Positions 1 to 9,034 of a stretch of DNA of 64,000 nucleotides are shown piece by piece. The stretch is taken from contig CAVXXK010000003.1 in assembly GCA_963765675.1 (NCBI GenBank), positions 512,001 to 576,000 of the forward strand. The letters are read 5' to 3'. The position numbers were made by a program, and so were the translations under genes. Numbering within the stretch: position 1 is the stretch's first letter; each line of letters opens with the position of its first letter. The stretch is from an uncultured delta proteobacterium. Lineage in GTDB: Bacteria > Desulfobacterota > Binatia > Binatales > Binataceae. A model generated the notes under the pieces. It was not told where the DNA came from. It ran no database searches and was given only the letters and a program-made list of their open reading frames with translations.

Positions 1-2
1 AT

Positions 3-782
3 TTCGGCGGCGACGGCCGCCCGTGGCTGGTATGCATTCACGGCCTCTCGGGCAACGCGCACAACTTCGATCAGATCGCTCCACGCCTGGCGCAGCGGTA
101 TCACGTGCTCTCAGTCGATGTGCGCGGACGCGGCGACAGCGCGTGGGGTCCGCCGACCGAGTATCTGCCGAAGAATTACGTCGAGGACCTGGCGGCGATC
201 CTCGAGCGACTGGGAATCGCGCGCGTCACGCTGGTCGGCACCTCGATGGGCGGGATCATCTCGATGATGTACGCAGGAGGATGGCCGGAGCGGGTCGAGC
301 GGCTGGTGCTGAACGATATTGGGCCGGACATCGACCCGGCGGGCGCCGCGCGAATCGGTGCCTACATGGGCGTCGCGCCGGAACGCTTCAACGACATCGG
401 CGAGGTGGCGGAATACTATCGCAAGACCTATCCAACAAACGCCAAGGTGCCGGAAGCGGAGCTGCGGGAGTCGGTAAAGTGGTCGGTCAAGCCTCTGGAC
501 GGCGGCGGACTGGGATGGAAGATCGATCCGACGATTCGGCGTCCAATACGCGGCGCGACGGCACAGCAACGCCCTGATCTCTGGGTGCCGTTTGCACGCA
601 TCACCTGCCCGGTCCTGGTGATCCGCGGCGCCGACAGCGACATCCTGTCGCAGCGCACAGCGGCCCAGATGAGCACGACCCACACGGGAGTAACGATCGT
701 CGAAGTTCCGGGCGTAGGTCACGCGCCGTCACTCGCCGAGCCGGAGGCATCCTCGGCGCTCGCAAAATTCCTCGCGCTGTAG
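3..782 (+). CDS. alpha/beta-fold hydrolase (5' truncated by window edge)
   Basis: Frame is open from base 3 (FGGDGRPWLVCIHGLSGNAH...). Motifs DVRGRGDS, nucleophile elbow GTSMGG, RGADSD and VGHAP. Confidence 0.9.
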   Translation, partial: FGGDGRPWLVCIHGLSGNAHNFDQIAPRLAQRYHVLSVDVRGRGDSAWGPPTEYLPKNYVEDLAAILERLGIARVTLVGTSMGGIISMMYAGGWPERVERLVLNDIGPDIDPAGAARIGAYMGVAPERFNDIGEVAEYYRKTYPTNAKVPEAELRESVKWSVKPLDGGGLGWKIDPTIRRPIRGATAQQRPDLWVPFARITCPVLVIRGADSDILSQRTAAQMSTTHTGVTIVEVPGVGHAPSLAEPEASSALAKFLAL

Positions 783-928
783 CGCCTGGCGAGTATTTTC
801 GCTCGAAAAATAAATTTTGCGTGGTAACTATATTGATCTAAGTTCAGATGTAGTTTGACACCGGGCAGCGGAGTCCGGCCGGAAAGCGATTGGCGCGGGT
901 TGAAATGTCAACTCACGGGAGGTGCGCG

Positions 929-2275
929 ATGCCTGCAAGAGCTTTCAACCTGTCCGCGAGGGTATTCATCGCGACAGCCACCGGCATAGCGGCAATCGCG
1001 ATCGCTGCCGGGAATGTGGCGCGGGCCACGATGCCGCCGCCGAAACCGGGAGCGTCGGCCGAACCCAAATCGGCAGACCAGACCGGCTTTCCCGCCCTGC
1101 TCTATCAATGGAGCTCGCCGGCCGATAATCCGCAAAGCGCGGCCAAAGTCGCACTGGGCAAGGATCTGTTTTTCGACCCGCGGATCTCGGTGGACAACAC
1201 GGTCGCGTGCGCCAACTGCCACGACCCTGACAAGGGTTTCACCGATCAGTTGCCAACCGCGATGGGCGTGCATGGCAAGTTCGGCCAGCGCAACGCGCCC
1301 ACCGTCCTCGATGCGATGTTCAATATCGAGCAGTTCTGGGACGGGCGCGCGCCGACGCTGGAAGATCAGGCCGGGCAACCGATCCTGAATCCGATCGAGA
1401 TGGGGAACCCGGATCAGCAAACCGTAGTGAACAAGCTCAATTCGATTCCTGACTACCGACAAGGTTTTCAGCAGGTTTTCGGCGCGGCGCCCAGCTACGT
1501 GAACATGGAGCGCGCGATCGCCGCGTACGAGCGCACGCAAATCGCCTTCGACTCGCCGTTCGATCACTTCATGGCGGGAGACGCGAGCGCACTCACCGCG
1601 CAGCAACAGCGCGGATGGGCGATCTTCAACGGGCAGGGACGCTGCATGTCGTGCCACGGATGGAATCCGACCCGGCCAACCTTCACCGACGATCGCTTTC
1701 ACAATATCGGCGTGTCGGCGCACGACGCGCAGTTCGTTCCGCACGCGCGCGAGGCGCTCGCACTGCTTGCCAGCGGTGGCGGAGGCGTGCAGCAGATCGA
1801 TCGGCTCGCGATCTCGACCGACATGAGCCAGCTCGGACGCTTCCTGGTGACCAAACAGCCGCACGATATCGGCTCTTTCAGGACCATGGACCTGCGCAAT
1901 CTGTACGTCACCGAGCCGTACTTCCACGATGGATCGCAGAAGACGATCTGGGACACGCTCGATCACTACAACAAGGGCGGCGTACCCAATCCGTTCCTCG
2001 ACGGCGGGATCACGCCGCTCGGCCTCAGCGAAAAGCAGGAGGACGACCTCGCGGCGTTCCTGCTCTCGCTCACCAGCAAGAGCTACATGGAGCAAGCCAA
2101 GGCCGAGTACGAGCGCCAATTCAAAGAGTCGAGGACCACACGGCCGCAGCGCGACACCGCCGCGGCGATGGGACAGATCGGACGCGACGGTCCGGGCTTC
2201 GCGGGGCCATTTGGGGATATCGGACCGGGCGAGGCCGCGATGCAGGAAAGTCCCGCGCAGCTTGGCGGAGACTGA
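929..2275 (+). CDS. diheme cytochrome c peroxidase superfamily protein, MauG/MbnH/BthA-like
   Basis: Signal peptide; two CxxCH motifs (CANCH, CMSCH); LGKDLFFD, RNAPT, QFWDGRA, PYFHDGS; Tyr in DHYNKGG. GGAGG RBS precedes ATG 929. Confidence 0.9.
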   Translation: MPARAFNLSARVFIATATGIAAIAIAAGNVARATMPPPKPGASAEPKSADQTGFPALLYQWSSPADNPQSAAKVALGKDLFFDPRISVDNTVACANCHDPDKGFTDQLPTAMGVHGKFGQRNAPTVLDAMFNIEQFWDGRAPTLEDQAGQPILNPIEMGNPDQQTVVNKLNSIPDYRQGFQQVFGAAPSYVNMERAIAAYERTQIAFDSPFDHFMAGDASALTAQQQRGWAIFNGQGRCMSCHGWNPTRPTFTDDRFHNIGVSAHDAQFVPHAREALALLASGGGGVQQIDRLAISTDMSQLGRFLVTKQPHDIGSFRTMDLRNLYVTEPYFHDGSQKTIWDTLDHYNKGGVPNPFLDGGITPLGLSEKQEDDLAAFLLSLTSKSYMEQAKAEYERQFKESRTTRPQRDTAAAMGQIGRDGPGFAGPFGDIGPGEAAMQESPAQLGGD

Positions 2276-2328
2276 GGGTACGCGAGTATCGCGCATTCGT
2301 CGTTTCATCGGCGGGAGAGGACAAGACC

Positions 2329-3477
2329 ATGGCAATCCGGCACAAGAGTATCGAGACAAAATTTTACGAAGATCGCGAGCGCGTGATGAAGGCGCTGCGC
2401 AACTGCGACCGGCGCACGTTCCTGAAAATCACCGCCGCAACGATGGGCGCGGTGATGGCCAAGGGCCTGATGCCACCGCATACGTTCCAGCTGGTCGAGG
2501 TCGCCAACGCCGCCGTCACAAAAGGATGGGACAGTGCCGGCGCGCAGGGCGCCCTGCCCTTTCGCTTCGCGTATATCTCGGACGCGCACCTATACGAGCG
2601 GACGCTCAATCAGCGCTTCGTGCGCGCGATCGTCAAGGCGGTCGATGACGTCAACGCGCTCGATCCGCAACCCGACTTCGTACTCTACGGCGGCGACCTG
2701 GCGCAGCTCGGCAGCGCGGCGCAGCTCGAACTCGGCAAGCAAATCTTGAGCGGTCTCAAGGCGCCGGTGAAGATGATGGTCGGCGAGCATGACTGGTTCC
2801 TCGACCTGGGCGTGAAGTGGCAGGAGCTGTTCGGGCCGCCGACTTACTCGTTTGACTGGAAGGGGGTGCACGTCGTGGTCCTGCAGAGCGTGTACGAGAA
2901 CGATTTCTGGACCGCGCGCAAGATGACGCCGGAAGAGCGGATGCAGACCGTCGCCGGTCTTGACAACGGAATCCAGGGGCGCTTCCAGGTCGGCGCGGCG
3001 CAGCGCGAATGGCTCAAGAAAAATCTGGCGAACGTTCCCGTCACCACGCCGATTCTCGTGTTCTCGCACTCGCCGCTCTACAAATATTATCGCAACTGGA
3101 ATTTCTGGACCGAAGACGCCGACCAGGTGCAGGCGATCCTGAAGCCGTACAACAAGGTCACCGTGATCCATGGGCATACGCATCAGATGTTGTTCAATCA
3201 GATCGGAAACATCAGCTTCTACGGGATGCTCTCGACGGCGTGGCCGTGGCCCTACGCACCGGAGGGGTTGCCGCCGCTGACGATCCAGATGAACCGCGCC
3301 GATCCGTTCGATCAGTTCGACGGATGCGGCGACGGCCAGTTCGACGCGCGCGCCGACGGCCTGGTCGATACCATCTACAATTTGTGGGATCGCAATCCGG
3401 TCACGGTGAAGGCGAGTTACCTGACCTCGGGCGGCAAGGTTGATCGTCCGCCCGCGCCGCAGTTTGCGAGCTACTGA
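2329..3477 (+). CDS. Tat-exported calcineurin-like metallophosphoesterase-fold protein
   Basis: DRRTFLK twin-arginine motif; metal motifs DAH, GGDL, GEHD, SH, HGHTH; GGAGAGG RBS before ATG 2329 (3' part of the 1615..3477 ORF). Confidence 0.85.
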   Translation: MAIRHKSIETKFYEDRERVMKALRNCDRRTFLKITAATMGAVMAKGLMPPHTFQLVEVANAAVTKGWDSAGAQGALPFRFAYISDAHLYERTLNQRFVRAIVKAVDDVNALDPQPDFVLYGGDLAQLGSAAQLELGKQILSGLKAPVKMMVGEHDWFLDLGVKWQELFGPPTYSFDWKGVHVVVLQSVYENDFWTARKMTPEERMQTVAGLDNGIQGRFQVGAAQREWLKKNLANVPVTTPILVFSHSPLYKYYRNWNFWTEDADQVQAILKPYNKVTVIHGHTHQMLFNQIGNISFYGMLSTAWPWPYAPEGLPPLTIQMNRADPFDQFDGCGDGQFDARADGLVDTIYNLWDRNPVTVKASYLTSGGKVDRPPAPQFASY

Positions 3478-3483
3478 GAGGGG

Positions 3484-4269
3484 ATGATGAAAGCTCAATC
3501 CAAACTGATTACTACTGCGATACTCAGTGCGCTTGCTGGCGGCGTGATAATCGGCGCATGGACAATTTATCCTCACACTCGCGCGGCTTACGCGCAATCT
3601 GCGCCGACTCATTCAGTGCCACAGGCGACGGCGGGCGGCATCGTCGTCGAGTTATGCGACGGGGTGACTCACACAGAGGTTACCGGCCTCAAGCCCGGGC
3701 AGCCGATGTCACATGCGCAGGCGCTCGCCGTCACCGGCAAGCTGATGGCCGAGTGGCAGCGAAAGCATCCGGACGAGAAATGGCAGATGGCGCAAGCGGG
3801 CGACCAGCCGGCGCCCGGCACGGCGGAGCCCGCGGCGTCTGCCTCCGGCAACGCGTCAAAGAATATCGGCGGCCCCGGGGCGGCGGAACAAGGCGCCAAG
3901 CTCAAGAGCCAGCAGGGCGATACCTACGCGAGCTTTCACGATCGCGATTATAAAGTGTGGAAGGCCGAGACCGACGCCTTCGTCGCGCGCGGCAGTGAGA
4001 TATTCCATTCCAGCAAGTTGCTCGGCAGCACCATCGGCGTGAGCTGCGACATGTGCCATCCCAACGCCGCGAATACTCATCCCGAGACCTACCCGAAGTA
4101 CCAGGAGCAGCTACAAAAAGTCGCGCTGCTGCGCGACATGATCGACTGGTGCATCGAGAATCCGGTCAAGGGCAAGACGCTCGACCCCAACGACCCGAAT
4201 CTGCGCGCGCTCGAAGCGTACATCCTTGCGTCGCGCAAAGGCGTGCCGCTCGACTATGGCAAGCACTGA
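3484..4269 (+). CDS. exported monoheme c-type cytochrome with SoxA/TsdA-like Cys motif
   Basis: N-terminal hydrophobic signal, CDMCH heme motif, downstream LRDMIDWCIENP; 6 bp after the previous stop. Confidence 0.8.
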   Translation: MMKAQSKLITTAILSALAGGVIIGAWTIYPHTRAAYAQSAPTHSVPQATAGGIVVELCDGVTHTEVTGLKPGQPMSHAQALAVTGKLMAEWQRKHPDEKWQMAQAGDQPAPGTAEPAASASGNASKNIGGPGAAEQGAKLKSQQGDTYASFHDRDYKVWKAETDAFVARGSEIFHSSKLLGSTIGVSCDMCHPNAANTHPETYPKYQEQLQKVALLRDMIDWCIENPVKGKTLDPNDPNLRALEAYILASRKGVPLDYGKH

Positions 4270-4290
4270 TCCCGAGTTGACCTCGATACC

Positions 4291-5640
4291 CTATTCCCGC
4301 CGATGGATGCGGCCGTATCGGAACCATTCGATTTCGCCGTCGCGGTTGCGCAGAAATTCGGCTTGCGCGCCGATGAACGGCGGATCGATCGCAGCGACAC
4401 GATCGAGCGCAGTGAACTTGAGCCGCGTCGGCGGGGGCGGCGGTCCTGCCGGCGCGTCGCGCGTCGGAAAGCCGCCGTGGGGAGTGACCTGCATCACCAG
4501 GTGACCGTCGGCAACTTTGAGCTCGACCGCATCGAGAACGGAGTCATAGCGGCCGGCGTATTCGGCAAGCTCAGCCTCCGGTTTCTCGATCGGCGCCGGG
4601 ACCTGAATCTTCGCGTCCAGGAATAGTTCGAGCGCGAGCTTGGTCGTTTCGTTAATCACCAAGGTGCCGCTCCCGGCATTGGTCAGCATCACGAGCGCGA
4701 ATTTACGCTCGGGCGCGATCATGAAGGCCGAGAGCTGGCCGAGCGTTCCGCCGCCGTGAAGCACGAGACGGACGCCGCCCATCTCCTGGATCATCCACGA
4801 CAATCCCATTTTCGTGTCGAGCGCGCCGTCACACACCGGTGTCTGCATCGCCGCCATCGTCTCGGGCGCGAGCACGCGAGTGCCGTCGTCCGCAGTGCCG
4901 TCGCCGAGATGGAACCGCGCGTAGCGAAGCTGGTCCTTCGCCGACGCCGCAATCCCTCCTGCCGGCCACGCCGATCGCGGTATCGGCCAGGGCCTCAGTA
5001 CATATGCCTTGTCCTTGACGACCGCATGGCCGACCGCGAACCGCTTGAGCATCACGAATGAGGGAAAGAAATACGAGCGGTTGAGTCCGAGCGGCTTCAG
5101 CACCAGCTCCAGCATCGCCGCTTCATAGGTCTTGCCAGTCACAGCGGCGATTACGTGTCCCGCCAGAGAGAACGCGGAGTTGTTGTAGGACCATACCGCG
5201 CCCAGCGGCGTGAGCTGAGGAAGCTCCGCCATCTTGCGCACGTAAATCGCAAGCGCGTCGTCGCCATCGCCCGTGTCGTCGAAGAAATCGCCGACCCATC
5301 CGCCGACGTGGGTCAGCAGATGCCGGGTGGTCGCGCGCGCGGTGACTTCCGGATCGCGCACCTCGAAATCGGGCAGGTAGGTGCGAATCGGTTCGTCGAG
5401 ATCGAGCTTGCCCATCTCGACCAGCCGCATGATCGCGGTCGCGGTAAAGGTCTTGGTGGTCGAGCCGATTTGGAACAGCGTGTCGGCATCGACCGGCAGC
5501 GGATTATCGACGCTGGTAACGCCAAGCCCCGCGCTGAATTCCTGCCCGTCCGCGATTACTCCGATCGCGCATCCCGGCAGGAAGTTGCGCTTCATCGAGT
5601 CGGTGGCTCCCGCGACGAGCGCGTCGAATTTTTCCTGCAT
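4291..5640 (-). CDS. serine hydrolase, beta-lactamase/class C family
   Basis: FQIGSTTK (SxxK), YNN, LLTH and HGG motifs. Confidence 0.9.
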   Translation of the reverse strand: MQEKFDALVAGATDSMKRNFLPGCAIGVIADGQEFSAGLGVTSVDNPLPVDADTLFQIGSTTKTFTATAIMRLVEMGKLDLDEPIRTYLPDFEVRDPEVTARATTRHLLTHVGGWVGDFFDDTGDGDDALAIYVRKMAELPQLTPLGAVWSYNNSAFSLAGHVIAAVTGKTYEAAMLELVLKPLGLNRSYFFPSFVMLKRFAVGHAVVKDKAYVLRPWPIPRSAWPAGGIAASAKDQLRYARFHLGDGTADDGTRVLAPETMAAMQTPVCDGALDTKMGLSWMIQEMGGVRLVLHGGGTLGQLSAFMIAPERKFALVMLTNAGSGTLVINETTKLALELFLDAKIQVPAPIEKPEAELAEYAGRYDSVLDAVELKVADGHLVMQVTPHGGFPTRDAPAGPPPPPTRLKFTALDRVAAIDPPFIGAQAEFLRNRDGEIEWFRYGRIHRRE

Positions 5641-5655
5641 CCTGCGACCTGCGTT

Positions 5656-6672
5656 CTAGTGCGCGAACTCGACCAGCACCTTGGCGCGCGCACCGGGGTT
5701 TCTCAGCGCCTCGAACATTTCGGGAACTTTCTCGACCGCGACCACGTCGGTGATCATCGGTTTCGGATCGATCTTTCCCGAAGCGATCGCCGCGATAGTT
5801 TCGTTGAACTCGGCGCGGTTGTATCCAACGATAAATTCGAGGCCGACTTCCTTGAACAGGCAGGTCAGCGGAGTGATCTGGTCGGGCTCCATGCACGCCC
5901 CAAGAATGACGACGCGGCCGTGAAGCCCTACCATGTCGATCGCGGAGCTGAGCGTGGTTTTGACGCCGATACATTCGAAGACCACGTCGGGCAGGCGCCC
6001 GGTGAGCTCGGCGACTTTCCTGGCGGGACTTTCCTCTTTCGGATTGACCACCGCCGCCGCGCCGAGTTTCAGCGCGAGATCTTTGCGTCCCATCGCGAGC
6101 TCCGAGACGACGACCTTCGCGCCTTTGGCGGCGGCCCAGATGGTCGCCGAAAGTCCGATCGGTCCCGCGCCCATCACGACCACGCCCATCCCCGGCTGAA
6201 GATTCGCGCGATTGACTCCATGCAGTCCGACCGAGAGCGGCTCGACCAGAGCGCCCTCGCGGGAACTCACGTTGTCGGGGAGCCTCAGCAGGCTCGACGC
6301 GCCGCACATCACGAATTCCGCATAGCCTCCCGGCAGTTGCCCAAGCCCGAGGCCGCGGATGCGCTCGCAATGCATCCCGTCGTCGCGGCGGCATCGCTCG
6401 CATTCGCCGCAGGAGATGAACGGCAGCGCGGTCACACGCTCGCCCTTCTTAAAGCCGGTCACGCCTGCGCCGAGCTCGTGGATCTCTCCGCAAAACTCGT
6501 GGCCCATCACAGTGTCGGGCCGAAGCCCCATCCCGTATTGCACGGCGTGCAGGTCGGAGCCGCAGATACCGCAGTTGTGAACCTTCAAGACGACTTCACC
6601 AGCGCCCGCTTTCGGCGCGGGAACGTCGATCACCGCCATTTGATTGAGCTGTTTGAAGACCGCGGCTTTCAT
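5656..6672 (-). CDS. zinc-dependent medium-chain alcohol dehydrogenase
   Basis: CGICGSDLH, GHEFCG, structural Zn CxxCxxC...C, GAGPIG. Confidence 0.92.
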   Translation of the reverse strand: MKAAVFKQLNQMAVIDVPAPKAGAGEVVLKVHNCGICGSDLHAVQYGMGLRPDTVMGHEFCGEIHELGAGVTGFKKGERVTALPFISCGECERCRRDDGMHCERIRGLGLGQLPGGYAEFVMCGASSLLRLPDNVSSREGALVEPLSVGLHGVNRANLQPGMGVVVMGAGPIGLSATIWAAAKGAKVVVSELAMGRKDLALKLGAAAVVNPKEESPARKVAELTGRLPDVVFECIGVKTTLSSAIDMVGLHGRVVILGACMEPDQITPLTCLFKEVGLEFIVGYNRAEFNETIAAIASGKIDPKPMITDVVAVEKVPEMFEALRNPGARAKVLVEFAH

Positions 6673-6694
6673 CTGTGAATCCTCCGCAGGCGTC

Positions 6695-7090
6695 TTATGC
6701 GGCAGCGCGTTTTTGCTCGATCAGCTCGATTTTGTACCCGGTCGGATCTTCGATAAACGCGATCGGCGTGCTGCCGTGCTTCATCGGACCGGGCTCGCGC
6801 ACGACCTTGACGCCCTTCGCTTTCAGATCGGTGCAAGTCTGGTAGATATCGTCGACGCCGATCGCGAGATGCCCAAACGCGCTGCCGATTTCGTATTTCG
6901 AGGTACCCCAGTTGTAGGTCAGCTCGACGACGGTCTGGTCGCGCTCCTCACCGTAGCCAACGAAGGCGAGCGTGAACTCGCCGCCGGGAAAATCATTCTT
7001 GCGCAAGAGCTTCATTCCGAGCTTGTTGCAGTAGAAGTCGAGCGATTCGTCCAGGTTCGCCACTCTGATCATCGTGTGCAGCAGGCGCAT
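6695..7090 (-). CDS. gloA: lactoylglutathione lyase (glyoxalase I)
   Basis: MRLLHTMIRV, ELTYNW, FGHLAIGVDD, FIEDPTGYKIELI. Confidence 0.95.
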   Translation of the reverse strand: MRLLHTMIRVANLDESLDFYCNKLGMKLLRKNDFPGGEFTLAFVGYGEERDQTVVELTYNWGTSKYEIGSAFGHLAIGVDDIYQTCTDLKAKGVKVVREPGPMKHGSTPIAFIEDPTGYKIELIEQKRAAA

Positions 7091-7097
7091 CGCGGTT

Positions 7098-7391
7098 TTA
7101 CCTCCGGGTTTTGCCTTGATCAGCGCCGGGCTTGCGCCGCGCGGCGATCGCCTTGTCGAGTGCGCCGCTGATCTCGTTGAAGAGATCCTCGGTCGGCGCG
7201 AAGCCCTGCTCTTTCATCTTGGCGACAAGATCGCGCCGCCCGATTTCGAGCATCTCGAGCGCTTCATGCTCATGCAGCCGCTTCGATCGCACCAGGTCGA
7301 GAATCGCGAGTTCGCGCACGCGCGCGCGAAAATCAGCTTCCGGAAACTGATCGTCAAAGACGTCAGCAGGCAGTTCGATTTTGAGCTCCAT
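7098..7391 (-). CDS. small hypothetical protein, UPF0175/antitoxin-like
   Basis: MELKIELP...RELAILDLVR...EALEMLEIGRRDLV resembles UPF0175; start set at ATG 7391. Confidence 0.55.
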   Translation of the reverse strand: MELKIELPADVFDDQFPEADFRARVRELAILDLVRSKRLHEHEALEMLEIGRRDLVAKMKEQGFAPTEDLFNEISGALDKAIAARRKPGADQGKTRR

Positions 7392-7564
7392 GGCGGTTAT
7401 GCCCCGACTTTCCGCGATCGCCAAAATGAAGTCAAACTCGCCGACGGTCTGTCTGAACATCTCTTCGCTTGCTGGTGCGTTTGAAGATCAGCGTGACGTT
7501 CGTACCGTGGATCATTCGCGTGCTATCGAAATGACAGATGCCGGCTTCAGCCGAGCCCCCAACC

Positions 7565-7680
7565 GTCATTCCGAGCCCTGGGCGAGGAATCCCGAGGCGG
7601 CCATGCTCCGAGCCTCGCTGGATGCGGCGGCCCGTCGTTCGGGATTCCTCGCGCGCGGCAGCCACGCGCGCGGGAATGAC
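7565..7680. repeat. REP/MITE-like nested inverted repeat
   Basis: Ends GTCATTCC...GGAATGAC; inner CGAGGAATCCC / GGGATTCCTCG. Confidence 0.7.
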
Positions 7681-7802
7681 ACCATTGACCGACGGTTCAG
7701 AGACTCTTGGCGAATGAGCCCGATGTATGCGATTTCTATTGGCGGGGAACCACTCAAATCCGGGGCAGGTGACACGCAAATTCGCCGCCTCAGGAGGGGA
7801 TC

Positions 7803-8987
7803 ATGGATTTCAATTACAGCGCTGAAGACGAGAACTTCCGCACCGAATTCCGCGCGTGGCTCGAAGCGAACAAGCAGTTCGCACCGCATCGCGCCGAAGT
7901 GATGGGCGATGAAGGCGGCAGCGGATGGGACGCGCAAGTGCGCTGGGCCAAAAAACTCAGCGAGGGACGCTGGCTCGCCGTCAATTGGCCCAAGGAATAC
8001 GGCGGGCGCAGCCTGAGCGTGATGCAGACGATCATCTACAACGAGGAGCTCGCGCGCGCGGGGCTCGCCGCGCCGATGATCGGAATGGGCATCAGCCTGC
8101 TCGGGCCGACGCTGATTCATTGGGGCACCGACGAGCAGAAGCAGCAACATATTCCGAAGATCCTGAAGGCCGAGGAAATCTGGTGCCAGGGATATTCGGA
8201 GCCCGGCTCGGGCTCGGACCTCGCGTCGCTGCAGACCCGCGCGGTCGAAGACGGCGACGACTACGTCGTCAACGGGCAGAAGGTATGGACCTCGGCGGCG
8301 CAGCACGCGGACTGGATTTTCCTGCTGACGCGGACCGATCCCGCAGCGCCGAAGCACAAGGGTATCAGCTATCTGCTGGTCGATATGAAATCTCCGGGAG
8401 TGACCGTGCGTCCACTGGTGCAGATCACCGGCGGCCGCGGTTTCAACGAAGTTTTTTTCGAAGACGTGCGCGTGCCGAAGAAAAATCTGGTCGGCGAGAA
8501 GAACGCCGGATGGCAGGTCGCGATCACGACGCTGATGTTCGAGCGATCGGGCGGCGGCGGAGATCGCGGCGCGATGTTCCAGGTGCGCGAGCTGGTCAAT
8601 CTTGCCAAGAAGCTTCCGCGCGATGGGAAGACCGCGTGGGACGACGCCGGCGTGCGCCAGAAAATCTCAGAGTTCGCGTGCGAGGCTTACGCGCTCAAGT
8701 ACACCGGCTATCGGCAGCTCACGCGGCGGCTCAAGGGGATGCCGCCGGGACCGGAGGGCTCGATGATGAAGCTGTGCGGCACGGAGCTTAATCTGCGCAT
8801 GCAGCTCTTTGCGATGGAGCTGCTCGGGCCGTACTCGCAATTCGAGTATCACGCGCCGATGGCTATCGATCACGGCAAGTGGTCATTCCGGATGCTCGCG
8901 GCGCGCGGCGGTACAATCGCGGCCGGTACCAATCAGATTCAGCACAATATAATCGGCGAACGCGTCCTCGGCCTGCCAAAGGGTTGA
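7803..8987 (+). CDS. acyl-CoA dehydrogenase (FadE26/29/30-like), paralog 1
   Basis: WPKEYGG, WCQGYSEPGSGSDLASL, NGQKVWTS, FNEVFFEDVRVP, TLMFER, NIIGERVLGLP. Confidence 0.95.
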   Translation: MDFNYSAEDENFRTEFRAWLEANKQFAPHRAEVMGDEGGSGWDAQVRWAKKLSEGRWLAVNWPKEYGGRSLSVMQTIIYNEELARAGLAAPMIGMGISLLGPTLIHWGTDEQKQQHIPKILKAEEIWCQGYSEPGSGSDLASLQTRAVEDGDDYVVNGQKVWTSAAQHADWIFLLTRTDPAAPKHKGISYLLVDMKSPGVTVRPLVQITGGRGFNEVFFEDVRVPKKNLVGEKNAGWQVAITTLMFERSGGGGDRGAMFQVRELVNLAKKLPRDGKTAWDDAGVRQKISEFACEAYALKYTGYRQLTRRLKGMPPGPEGSMMKLCGTELNLRMQLFAMELLGPYSQFEYHAPMAIDHGKWSFRMLAARGGTIAAGTNQIQHNIIGERVLGLPKG

Positions 8988-9034
8988 GACCTCGCTGGGT
9001 TGCAGGAAGACTGCATCAAGAGGAATGATCACGC

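Noticed and set aside
835-850. FNR-like box (TTGATCTAAGTTCA) upstream of the diheme gene
   Set aside because: Only the TTGAT half matches; the second half-site and spacing do not fit TTGAT-N4-ATCAA.
1615-2328. N-terminal extension of the 620-aa ORF
   Set aside because: Out-of-frame overlap with the peroxidase gene; the real start is ATG 2329 with an RBS and Tat motif.
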